Assembly (NCBI GenBank): GCA_965218425.1
Contig: OZ244621.1
Span: 3,840,001-3,904,000, forward strand
Length of the DNA: 64,000 bases
Origin: an uncultured Candidatus Binatia bacterium
GTDB taxonomy: Bacteria > Desulfobacterota > Binatia > UBA9968 > CAXXLF01
Direction: 5' to 3'
In this document: positions 29,425 to 39,109 of the stretch, in pieces
How the letters are laid out: each line of letters opens with the position of its first letter
Position numbering within the stretch: position 1 is the stretch's first letter
Made by a program: the position numbers and the translations under genes
Notes under the pieces: generated by a model
The model's input: the letters and a program-made list of their open reading frames with translations, nothing else
Told to the model about the DNA's origin: nothing
Databases searched by the model: none

Positions 29425-29921
29425 GATCGACCGGGATTGCCCATGTCTAACGCTTCAGGATAACCGAACGACTATCGTAACCCGAGCGGCAGCCAATCCG
29501 CGCGCCCGCCATTCCGTTTGCAAATAGTCCTTTGGTTTCAGTGCATCTTCTCATGGCCTGTTCGATGTGTGCTGATTTAAACGTCAATTTACATTCAATT
29601 AGTGATCGCCGCCCACTTCCGGACCGACCGCTGGCGGTTCGCGTTTGTAAACTGCTACTTCCCCAAGCGAAGCGGAAAAGACCGGGACAACAGCCGGGTC
29701 GGCTTCGGCCGCTGCCGCTACTGGATCACCTGCAGCAGTGCATCGATGTATTCGACATCGCGGCGGGCCAGAGGCATTGAGTACGACCGGGAAAAGATTG
29801 CAAAGTTTCGTCCCATTGAACCGAGTCTCTTGTTGGCTTTTGGAGCCATGCGTCGGAAGATGGTTACAAATTACGAGCAAAAACTGACGTATCGCTTTTT
29901 TCTCAATGATTTCATCACTTA

Positions 29922-31011
29922 TTGATCCTCGTATAATATAATGACATCAGAAAAGGCTGGACTGTTTCCAGAAGGCGGTAACGAGACGAGGCCTGCGGCG
30001 CATTCGGCAAAGGGCGCGACGAGCATGGTGGCTGAGTTGAGCGAAGTCCTTGGCACAGAAGTTGGGCAGTTCATGATGCTTCCAGTATCCCCAGAGGTAT
30101 TCGACGGGATTCAGTTCCGGTGCATAGGCCGGCAACCGTTCCAGCACCAACGCGCCTTCGGTAGCGGCAACAAAGTCCCGAACCAACCGGCTCTGGTGGC
30201 TGGGCAGTCCGTCCCACACTACCAGCAGCGGCCCGGAAACATGACGCATCAAGTGCTTCAGGAATTCGATGATCTGGGGGCTCTTGATGGCTCCCGGATA
30301 CACTCGAAAGTACAAGCGCCACCAGGTGACTCCGGCGATGGCCGACAGACTCTTCCAGTTGAAGTGATATTGCAGCACTGGCGTCTGTCCTCGGGGCGAC
30401 CACGTACGATACCGATTCGGCCGCTCGCTCAGCCCGCTTTCGTCCACGAACACTATGGTTCGCCCCTCGTTTCGGGCTTTTTTTTAATCTCCGGCCAGCG
30501 CTTCTTCTTCCACTGCCGGATCGCCTCTTCATCTCGTTCCAAGGCACGTCCCGTCGGCCGCTGGCAACTCCACCCCAACTGCCGCAATATCCGCCAAACA
30601 TAGCCCGGATGGTATGTGACTCCGCAGGCTTCCCCAATCAAGTGGGCCACTCGCCTTGCGGTCCACAGGCTCGTGTCGTACCCCAGCGCTTCGGGTCCCC
30701 GTTTCAAACCGCCCTCGATCTTCTTCAGATCCGCCGGGCTCAGTCGCGGCTTGCGTCCGGCACGCCCCGCCTGCTTGAGCCCGGCTCTGCCGCTCTCGGC
30801 CAACTGCCGCGCCCATCGATTCACCGACTGGCGGTGCACTCCCACCCAACGCGCCACCTCCGCCTCCGACAGCCCTCGCTTCAACAGCCTCCCCGCCTCC
30901 ATCCACCGTCGCTCCAATGCTTCAAAGTCCCGTCGCACTCCAAGTGGGTTTCCCATACCACCACTATACATTAAGTTCTTATCCAATGTTACTATATTAT
31001 GCGGTTCTCAA
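29922..31011 (-). mobile_element. IS630-family insertion sequence, copy 2 (1090 bp)
   Basis: Same IRs, TA flanks and orientation as copy 1. Three substitutions noticed, including R28W and H128Y in ORF1. Confidence 0.95.
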
Positions 31012-31029
31012 TAGATCACTTAGAAGGAA

Positions 31030-31120
31030 TGGCGGAGAGAGAGGGATTCGAACCCTCGGTACCCTTTACGGGTACACACGCTTAGCAGGCGTGCGCCTTC
31101 AACCACTCGGCCATCTCTCC
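31030..31120 (-). tRNA. tRNA-Ser(GCT)
   Basis: Reverse complement GGAGAGATGGCCGAGTGGTTGAAGGCGCACGCCT-GCT-AAGCGTG, long variable arm, GGTTCGAATCC...CTCCGCCA. Confidence 0.97.
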
Positions 31121-31399
31121 GTCCGAGAAAGGTTGATTAATTCAAACTACCACAGTGGTGGCTTGTTTTCTACATATGATTCTGGGTCAAAAAGAACCGA
31201 TGGGGTGATCTGATAGCTATGAATTCCTCCGATATCTCTCAACCGCCGGATTGACTCCCACTTTTTTCCCTCGATCCCAAAGGTAAAAGCCTTTTCCGTT
31301 TTTCACTCCATTGAATCCGGCGGAAACCAGCTTTGAAAGCAGGTGGGATGCCTTGCAATTGGGGCCTAGCTCGCGCTCAAGCACACCTGCCACGGCCAG

Positions 31400-31939
31400 T
31401 TACGGGCGGGTGATAAATCGGGAAAACATTCCCATGAGCGCAGGGGTTGCCAAGCCTACGAAGATGGGGACCAGTAAACTAACCGCCATTCGGCAAAGGG
31501 CAAATTCGATTCGCATGAAAGGAATTTCAAACATCAGCGTACGGTATAACGGGATCACCGCCCAGGACGTCATGAAAGCGGCCAGGGGTCCGACACTGGC
31601 CCCCTTGTTCTGGAGGGCTGCCAGTAGCGGAAAATGCACATAGGGTCCTCCTGGAGTAAAGATCCCTGCAGCGGTGCCCACGAGAATACCGCGAAATCCT
31701 GAGCCCGCCCCCATCCACTGGTGCACCAGCGCCGGAGAGATGAGCACCTGAATCATGCCGCCCATAAGGAGCCCCAACACCATCCGAAACCAAACAAACT
31801 TGAACATGCCCACGGAAGTCACGAGACCTGTCTGAACCAGGTCCCATCCCTGGGAGAAGTAGACAACCAGGAACATAGTTACCACGACTCCCCCCAATGC
31901 TATGAGGGAATAATCCATTTTCTTTCTCCTTGATGCCAC
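31400..31939 (-). CDS. Putative permease (DUF318/ArsP-like)
   Basis: Hydrophobic; GILVGTAAGIFTPGGPYVHFPL...GASVGPLAAFMTSW. Confidence 0.7.
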   Translation of the reverse strand: MASRRKKMDYSLIALGGVVVTMFLVVYFSQGWDLVQTGLVTSVGMFKFVWFRMVLGLLMGGMIQVLISPALVHQWMGAGSGFRGILVGTAAGIFTPGGPYVHFPLLAALQNKGASVGPLAAFMTSWAVIPLYRTLMFEIPFMRIEFALCRMAVSLLVPIFVGLATPALMGMFSRFITRP

Positions 31940-32307
31940 GGTCGTTGCCTATTGAAGCCTTTCCTGTTGATCGCCGGATCCGATCATCCACCATGGAATC
32001 CCAAAGGGATTGGGATTGACCACAACGCTGTGAAGCAGGCAATCATCACCGTTCCCAAACTCTATGTCTGGCACAATCCACCAAATCGTACGAGTGGAGG
32101 GCACAACCGACAGGGTGAGTTAGAGACAACTCAAACACTATTTAACAAAAGCAAATCCGTATTGCCACGCTGGAAAGGTAGGAAAATGCGTTTAAGGGGG
32201 AGCCGATAGGTTTGATCCTCTACGCCCCATTTGCTGGAGAGTCTCTTGCCCCTGACACCACAGGCGTGAGGCCACCAAAACAACCCGCTTTAGGAGCTCA
32301 GACAGCA

Positions 32308-32877
32308 ATGTTCGATGGTATGGTGCATTGGCCAGCAGAGTTCGCTCGGCGTTACCGCGCTGAGGGGAATTGCTCTGAGTCCACTCTGGGTGAAGCCTTT
32401 GACCGGGCAGTGGAATCCTATGCCCATCGTGAGGCAGTGATGAATGGGCCCAAGCGGCTCACCTATGGAGATTTCCGGATGTTGGTAAACCGCTTCACCC
32501 TGTACTTTCCCGAGCGAAGGACCACGTCCGGCAAAAGGGTCGTCTTCCAGCTTCTTAACGTTTGAGAGGTTATCGTTGCCTGCTTTGCTTGCCTCAAGGT
32601 GGGGGCGGTCCCTTTAACTTGCCTACCGGCCCATCCCACCTGGCAAATCGAGTACCTAGCAAAATTCACCGAGGCGGCGGCCCGGCTCATACCGTCCGAG
32701 TTCCGTAAGTTTAATTACATTGCCATGGCTGAGGAGCTTAGAGGACAGCTCCCCTCCCTCCGGGAAATCTTCGTAGGGGGTGAACACGCGGGGTCAGGCA
32801 TGACTCTAATTTCTGATCGGCTTAGTGACTCCATTGCAGCGCTTAAAGCACTTTCTGGAAGAGAGGCGAATCGCTAG
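32308..32877 (+). pseudogene. N-terminal remnant of an aryl-acid AMP ligase (EntE/DhbE-like)
   Basis: WPAEFARRYRAEG...RLTY...VVFQLLN, in-frame TGA at 32563-32565, then FACLKVGAVP; truncated before the AMP-binding loop. Confidence 0.75.
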
Positions 32878-32992
32878 ATTCAAGTATCCACAACGGCTGG
32901 AAGTGGTGGAGTGTTTTCCTACCTCTTCGGCACGGCGCAGATAACTTTAGTAGCTATTATGCGGAGTCACCTCAGTCGTGAGCCAATTTCGA

Positions 32993-34078
32993 CTAGCGCC
33001 CCATCACTGATCGTACGAACGGCACCATCTCTTTCTTCACTATAGCACGGTATTCCAGTCCATAGGTCTTGATGGCCCCAGGCACCGGGGCTCTCCAATA
33101 AGGCACATGGTCCCTCGGCACATCCATGCGAGCGCTAATGTACCCCGTGGCTCGGGCAAACTCGGTCTGGCCCTCTTTGGAAAGAAGCCAGTTTATATAG
33201 ACCTTCGCCGCATTGGGATGAGGGGCCCGGTTGAAAACTCCCACCTGACCCACGGCAGGATTAATGTCGGAGCCTTCTTTGAGTTTGCGCGGATCGGTAA
33301 TCATGACGGGAACTCCCTGCTTTTGTCGCGCCTCTGCTATGCTCTCAGATAGGCCGACTCCGACAGGTCTTTTACCGTTACCGACCATGTCAACTTCTTG
33401 ACCATAATTTTTCAATATGAGCAGATCCTGTTTTAACAACTGCCGAATGAAGTCTTTGCCCAGTTCGGGATGCAAATAAAAGAATCCAAAGGAGGCCGAA
33501 CCCGGCCCCGGCTTGAGCGGATCATCGACCACTATTTTACCCTTCCACTTGGGTTTCAAAAGATCTTTGTAGGACGTAAAATCCGATTCGCTCACGAGTT
33601 TCGGGTTAATGAACAACTGGCCCCGCGTGTACGGAGACATGACCATGGCGGTCCGTTGAGGGTCGAGGAACTCGAATTCCCCACCGCGCCAGTTCTTCAG
33701 ATTCTTCACTTCCGGCAGGATCATGAACGACTCCAGGGGGTCCAAGACTTTCATCGGGACAATGAGGGCCTCCAAGCCGCCTGCGACAACAAGATCCCAT
33801 CCATACTTGCCCGCGCCACGCTCGGCGGCTATTTTGGGTGGGAAAGTGGTTACCCGCCCGCCCAAAAATTCTACGGTAATCCCGAACTTCTTCTCGAACG
33901 GCCGCACGAGAGCATCTCGCCGAACCGTGCCTGTGGGTCCAAACATCGAAACCTTACCCTCTTTTTTAGCCGCTTTGACTGTTCGATCCCAGTCTTCCTG
34001 CCACCCACCCCACACGCTAACTGAAGTAAAAAGTGCGGCAACGTAAACAATAACGCCAATGCAAAGTATGCGCCTCAT
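32993..34078 (-). CDS. ABC transporter extracellular solute-binding protein
   Basis: Signal peptide, WDRTVKAAKKEGKV, DLLKPKWKGKI, APHPNAAKVYINWLLS. Confidence 0.9.
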   Translation of the reverse strand: MRRILCIGVIVYVAALFTSVSVWGGWQEDWDRTVKAAKKEGKVSMFGPTGTVRRDALVRPFEKKFGITVEFLGGRVTTFPPKIAAERGAGKYGWDLVVAGGLEALIVPMKVLDPLESFMILPEVKNLKNWRGGEFEFLDPQRTAMVMSPYTRGQLFINPKLVSESDFTSYKDLLKPKWKGKIVVDDPLKPGPGSASFGFFYLHPELGKDFIRQLLKQDLLILKNYGQEVDMVGNGKRPVGVGLSESIAEARQKQGVPVMITDPRKLKEGSDINPAVGQVGVFNRAPHPNAAKVYINWLLSKEGQTEFARATGYISARMDVPRDHVPYWRAPVPGAIKTYGLEYRAIVKKEMVPFVRSVMGR

Positions 34079-34218
34079 AGGCCCTCCTCTGGAACGAAAA
34101 TTTGAAGCACCTTATATCGACTGCCGTTGAATTTGTCAATGGTTAAGGATCGTGGCTGGATGTTCCGTCCCGCTTGACGGATTTGAGCTAAAAACTGATC
34201 GAGGGTACTTGAAAGCAC

Positions 34219-34253
34219 TGGAGCCACTCGCCGGACTCGAACCGGCGACCTAC
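34219..34253 (-). pseudogene. 3' half of a tRNA (Thr-like); att-site-like remnant
   Basis: Reverse complement GTAGGTCGCCGGTTCGAGTCCGGCGAGTGGCTCCA: T-arm, 3' acceptor strand and CCA; no D or anticodon arm. Confidence 0.75.
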
Positions 34254-34493
34254 ACCCCAAAAATGAACGCTCATGTGGAGAGGTTTAACCGTACGCTTCG
34301 GGGAGAGTTTCCGGATTATCATGAGGAACTGCTCATAGAGCCAGTAGCCTTTAACCGGAAGCTGATCCAATGGCTGTTGCGGTATAATGGCGAGGAGCTC
34401 CATTGGGGGCTCAACCTTAAGTTGCCCGTACAATATTTAATGGAGCGAAGACCCGAAGAGTGCAAAATGTGGCGGCCCGATACAGCGCCTTGA
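34254..34493 (+). mobile_element. IS481-like transposase C-terminal fragment
   Basis: TPKMNAHVERFNRTL...FNRKL..WL..YN.E.LHWGL..KLP. Confidence 0.7.
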
Positions 34494-34573
34494 CTACTCA
34501 ACCCCAACAGAAATAAGGTAGGCCCTGGTTTGCCTCAGGACTTGTGCTGCCCAAGAAGGGCCGAGGAGGATTT

Positions 34574-36004
34574 ATGCCCTGGCAAGACTTTCGGGAGTTC
34601 TTCGCGGAGCTCGAAAGGCGGGGAGACACTCGGGTGGTGGAAGGGGCCGATGCCGATTTGGAAATCGGCACCCTCACGGAACTCATGTGCGAGCGCAAAG
34701 GCCCCATGCTCCTCTTCGACCACATCAAGGGATACCCTCCAGGCTCCCGGATAGCGACCAAACCCTACTCTACACCAGCCAGAACCGCACTCGCCCTTGG
34801 GCTTCCTGAACAGACAACCCCATTCGAGATGTTCAAAATCTGGCGCGAGAGGTTTAGAAATTACAAGTCTATCAAGCCCGTGGAAACTTCTTCGAGCGTC
34901 TGGATGGAAAACGCTCAGGAAGGGAACGCCGTAGACCTCACAAAATTTCCCGCTCCCAGATGGCACGAGCGGGACGGAGGGGCTTATTTCGGCACCGGAT
35001 GCACAGTCATCACCCGGGACCCGGATGAGCAATGGGTCAATCTCGGGACCTACCGATGCATGTTGCATGATAATACGACCCTGGGTTTATCCATCGGGCC
35101 CTACCATCACGGAAATCTACAAATAAAGAAATTGTGGGCACGCGGTAAGAGCTGTCCCATTGCGGTAGCCGTTACCGTTGAACCGTATCTTTTTTCTGCT
35201 TCGACCTCTGATGCGGCTTGGGGTACGCCCGAGTATGAGTGGGCAGGTTTTGTTAAAGGCGAACCGATCGAGATTGTTTCCGGTCCGAGAACCGGCCTGC
35301 CGCTGCCGGCCCGAGCCGAGTTGATCGTTGAAGGAGAAGTCCCCCCTACGAGCGAGGAAACCAGAAAAGAGGGACCTTTCGGCGAATTCACGGGCTACTA
35401 TGCGGGCGGCGAGAAAATGGAACCTGTGATTAGAGTGAAATCCGTGTATCACCGAACCCATCCCATTCTCCACGGAGAACCTCCCCTCAAACCGCCTGTT
35501 GAGACACTGGTTTGCCCTCCATCGGGCAGCAGCACATTGCGGGTATGGGAAGGCTTGGAGAAATCAGGGGTTCCCGGAGTGAAAGGAGTGTTTAATCTCA
35601 GCATGGGGGGAGGCCTGGTAACTGTTGTCGCAATAAGCCAGCAGTACTCAGGACACGCGCAGCAAGTTGGACGCATCGCTTCCGGTCTCATGCATACAAT
35701 CTGCCGTCTCATGGTCGTGGTGGATGATGATATCGATCCATCGAACGCGGAGGAGGTTCTGTGGGCAATCGCCACGAGGTGCGACCCGGAAACCTCCCTT
35801 GAGGTCCAACGCGAGTGTCCATCGAGCCCGTTGGATCCAATCATTCCCCCGGAAAGAAAAAAGCAGCGCGACTATAGAAGCAGCCGGATCCTGGTCGTCG
35901 CCTGTCGACCCTGGAAGTGGCGAGACGAATTTCCAATGGTCAACAAGGGGAGCGAAGAGCTTCGGCAGAGCATGTATAAAAAATGGCATCGGCTGTTTTC
36001 GTGA
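34574..36004 (+). CDS. UbiD-family decarboxylase (second paralogue)
   Basis: SD GAGGAGG; PMLLFDHI, DGGAYFGT, NLGTYR, EGPFGEFTGYY, VVDDDIDP. Confidence 0.92.
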   Translation: MPWQDFREFFAELERRGDTRVVEGADADLEIGTLTELMCERKGPMLLFDHIKGYPPGSRIATKPYSTPARTALALGLPEQTTPFEMFKIWRERFRNYKSIKPVETSSSVWMENAQEGNAVDLTKFPAPRWHERDGGAYFGTGCTVITRDPDEQWVNLGTYRCMLHDNTTLGLSIGPYHHGNLQIKKLWARGKSCPIAVAVTVEPYLFSASTSDAAWGTPEYEWAGFVKGEPIEIVSGPRTGLPLPARAELIVEGEVPPTSEETRKEGPFGEFTGYYAGGEKMEPVIRVKSVYHRTHPILHGEPPLKPPVETLVCPPSGSSTLRVWEGLEKSGVPGVKGVFNLSMGGGLVTVVAISQQYSGHAQQVGRIASGLMHTICRLMVVVDDDIDPSNAEEVLWAIATRCDPETSLEVQRECPSSPLDPIIPPERKKQRDYRSSRILVVACRPWKWRDEFPMVNKGSEELRQSMYKKWHRLFS

Positions 36005-36027
36005 CGGAATGAAAGGGGGATCTATCT

Positions 36028-37182
36028 ATGGTGACCCTGCGGGTTTCTCTATTGATCGTTATTGGCTGGGCTCTGTTGCCTGTTACGGAGTTTCATGTTT
36101 TTGCCGCTTCATTTCCTGAATCAACCATGGCGTTACTCAAAAGGTTGAATATAGAGACGTCCGAGTTAGCCGACATCGACCGGGAGCTTCGGATTCCAAA
36201 TGACTGGCTCAAAATGGCCGAACGGGAAGGAAAGTTAAAGATCCGCGGCACCCCTTTCACGCCGGGTCAAACGCGAATCTTTTTAGGACCCTTCAGGGAA
36301 CGCTACCCATTCCTGGATGTCGACTATTCCGGTGGAAACCAAGCGAATCGCTCGATTAAAACGTTGATGGCTTACCGGGCCGGCAGGATCCTCGGCGATT
36401 CCTTGTTAAGCGCGGGTGGTTATATTCTAGACTATAAGCACGCCAATGCTTTGGAGGATTTACGCAACATCCCCGCATGGACGCACGCACCACCGGCAGC
36501 GAAAGAGGATCCAGACGGCCAGTTTCTGGGTAAGAGCGTTAGCTACTGGTGTATGTCGTACAATACGGGGCTCATCAAAGAAAAGGATATCCCCGGAAAA
36601 TGGGAAGATCTAGTGACCAACCCCATCTGGCGCAATGGGAACCTGGCCCTGGCCAATCGTCCCCAACTTTGGGTCTTGAATCTCTGGGTTGCTAAAGGGG
36701 AAGCTTGGGCGAAGAAGTTTCTCACCCGGCTGTTTAACGAAGTCAAACCTCAGTTGCGTAAGGAAGGCCTGAATATCATGCCGGAACTCGCTTCCGTCGG
36801 CGAGTTTCATGCGGCAATACCGTCCTCACCGGCTCGCACGTCCCGGTTAGTCGATGCCGGTGCCCCGGTAGGATTTACATGCCCGGAACCCGTACCCGCT
36901 AACACAGCGACTGTGGTGATCCTCAAGGGGGCTCCGAATCTCTATGCGGCAAGGATTTTTGTAAACTGGCTCTCAAGCAAAGAAGGGCAAATCGCTCAGT
37001 ATGCTTCAAAGCGCTTTGTGCCCATTCATAAGGAACTGCAGCAACGCACTTTTATTCCCTTTAGCGACCAAATCATCGGCAGAAAGGTAGCCTACAGCAC
37101 TCCAGCGCTGCGGGTAACGGTTCTCCCAAAGGTGTACAAATTTTGGAATAACCTATGGCTACGAGGACCAAGAAACAGGTAA
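36028..37182 (+). CDS. ABC transporter extracellular solute-binding protein
   Basis: Signal peptide, AEREGKL, MSYNT, PGKWEDL, APNLYAARIFVNWLSS. Confidence 0.85.
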   Translation: MVTLRVSLLIVIGWALLPVTEFHVFAASFPESTMALLKRLNIETSELADIDRELRIPNDWLKMAEREGKLKIRGTPFTPGQTRIFLGPFRERYPFLDVDYSGGNQANRSIKTLMAYRAGRILGDSLLSAGGYILDYKHANALEDLRNIPAWTHAPPAAKEDPDGQFLGKSVSYWCMSYNTGLIKEKDIPGKWEDLVTNPIWRNGNLALANRPQLWVLNLWVAKGEAWAKKFLTRLFNEVKPQLRKEGLNIMPELASVGEFHAAIPSSPARTSRLVDAGAPVGFTCPEPVPANTATVVILKGAPNLYAARIFVNWLSSKEGQIAQYASKRFVPIHKELQQRTFIPFSDQIIGRKVAYSTPALRVTVLPKVYKFWNNLWLRGPRNR

Positions 37183-37258
37183 TACCGTATCCGGTTTTTT
37201 GATTTTTTATTGGACTAACCGGTCAAAGCTAACAGCTCTCTTCAAACGGAGGTTACGA

Positions 37259-37460
37259 ATGTAGCTTTCTCCTTTGCCTAGGATGAGATTCTCCCGGTCG
37301 TTTACAGTCTTGTTTTTATTCTCATCTTATTAATCGGCCGGCCCGCCACTGCGGATTGGAAGGCGGAGTGGGAACGGACGGTGAAAGCCGCTAAGAAAGA
37401 AGGGCAAGTTACTATATACACAGGGGGCTACGAGAGAGTCTTTGCAGAATTCCAATATAA
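37259..37460 (+). pseudogene. N-terminal remnant of another solute-binding protein
   Basis: SD GGAGG then ATG-TAG; downstream ADWKAEWERTVKAAKKEGQVTIY, truncated. Confidence 0.7.
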
Positions 37461-37800
37461 AAAGAGCCGTTCCCTTGCTCCAATCAAGGACCCGTTCTTA
37501 CTCCCAATAGAAATGACTAATCGGTAAGAAAGGAGCCGAAGGACAGGAGTGATTAAAGTTTCATCTTCCTTTCTTGGGTCCCTTTTGCCCTCTGCGCTTT
37601 ACCGTGCAGGATTGATCGTCTGCGATAATCGGCGTAAATCTGCGGCTTGCATTTCTTCTGCGAACTTGGCGTCTTTGCGCGAGACTTCTTTTTTTCCTTT
37701 AGCGCCATGCCCTTTGCAGGGCTTCCGACTTCCGACCGCTGATCTCCGGCCTCCGCGCTTGGTTACTCCCGCACGCCCCCATAGAGCTTTGTATGATCGA

Positions 37801-37838
37801 TTGACAATTGAGTCGTCATTTGACATGATAAATGACGA
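37801..37838 (+). promoter_or_regulatory. Sigma70-like promoter with an overlapping inverted repeat
   Basis: TTGACA(37801)-17 nt-CATGAT; perfect 9-bp IR TCGTCATTT-N8-AAATGACGA at 37813-37838. Confidence 0.55.
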
Positions 37839-39007
37839 TGGACTCCTCACGGACCCCAACCCCTTCAGATACAAAGGTTATAGAGCGCTTGCTCGATTTG
37901 CGAGGTCTGCTTAAGAAGAAATCCTTTTTCCTTTTTGGGCCGAGGCAGACGGGTAAGACCTTCTGGGTCCGGCAGTCCCTCGGAGAGATCAAAAGGTACG
38001 ATCTGCTCGATACATCGGTTTATCTGGATTTAAGCCGCAATCCTGCCCGTATCGCCCAGGAGCTCTCCTCAAAGGATCGTTTGGTCGTCATTGACGAAAT
38101 CCAGCGCCTGCCAATTCTCTTGAACGAGGTGCATCGGCTTATCGAGGAGAAGGGGGTTCGGTTCCTCCTGACGGGCTCCAGCGCCCGTAGCCTTCGTCGG
38201 GGCGGGGTAAATCTTCTTGGAGGCCGGGCACGAACGCAATATCTGCATCCCCTCGTCCGCCAAGAGTTGGGGCCGTTGTTCGATCTCGGACGAGGCATTG
38301 AAAGAGGCTTGCTCCCGTCGATCTATTTTTCTGATGATCCGCGCGCCGACCTGCAAGCCTACACCGGATCCTATCTACAACAGGAAATTGTTGCCGAAGG
38401 GGTGACTCGCAACGTCCCTGCCTTTAGCCGGTTTCTTAGAGTTGCGGCGCTCTGCAACGGCACAGTCGTTAATTTTACCAACGTCGGCAACGACGCCCAG
38501 GTGGCCCGCACCACTGTGTACGAGTATTTCGAGATCCTGAAAGACACGTTGATTCTCTACGAGTTCCCCGCCTGGAAAAAATCAAGAAAAAGAAAGCCAC
38601 TGGTCTCGTCCAAATATTACTTCTTTGACGTGGGTGTAGTCTCGGCGCTCCAGGGTCGGGAATTTCGACCCGGCACCCCTGAATTCGGCGAAGCCTTTGA
38701 AACCTATGTGATGCATGAGCTCACGAGTTACCGCGACTACATGTCGGGAGAGCCTCTGTCTCATTGGCGGTCGGCCTCAGGTTTTGAGGTGGACTTCATT
38801 ATTTCTGACCACACGGCGGTCGAAGTGAAGGCTAAAGAAAACGTCTCATCCCAGGACCTGAAACCCTTATACGCACTCGCCGAGGAAAAGAAAATGAAAC
38901 GATACCTCTGCGTGAGCCTGGAACGCCGGCGCCGCAAGCTCGATGGGGTCGCGGTACTGCCGTGGGAAGAGTTTTTGGACGAGCTATGGAACGGTCAATA
39001 TACCTAG
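37832..39007 (+). CDS. AAA_14 ATPase with DUF4143 / C-terminal PD-(D/E)XK-like domain
   Basis: GPRQTGKT, VIDEIQR, LTGSSAR, LGGRA, KYYFFDVG, GEAFET, EVDF...AVEVK. Confidence 0.9.
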   Translation: MTMDSSRTPTPSDTKVIERLLDLRGLLKKKSFFLFGPRQTGKTFWVRQSLGEIKRYDLLDTSVYLDLSRNPARIAQELSSKDRLVVIDEIQRLPILLNEVHRLIEEKGVRFLLTGSSARSLRRGGVNLLGGRARTQYLHPLVRQELGPLFDLGRGIERGLLPSIYFSDDPRADLQAYTGSYLQQEIVAEGVTRNVPAFSRFLRVAALCNGTVVNFTNVGNDAQVARTTVYEYFEILKDTLILYEFPAWKKSRKRKPLVSSKYYFFDVGVVSALQGREFRPGTPEFGEAFETYVMHELTSYRDYMSGEPLSHWRSASGFEVDFIISDHTAVEVKAKENVSSQDLKPLYALAEEKKMKRYLCVSLERRRRKLDGVAVLPWEEFLDELWNGQYT

Positions 39008-39109
39008 GCCCTTTCCTGCGTCTTTTGCGCTTTGCTGTCTGCCGGTATGCGTAAATCTGTAGTTAAATTTCTTTGTTGGGGCTACAAAGATAGTCAAGAT
39101 ATAGAAGTC

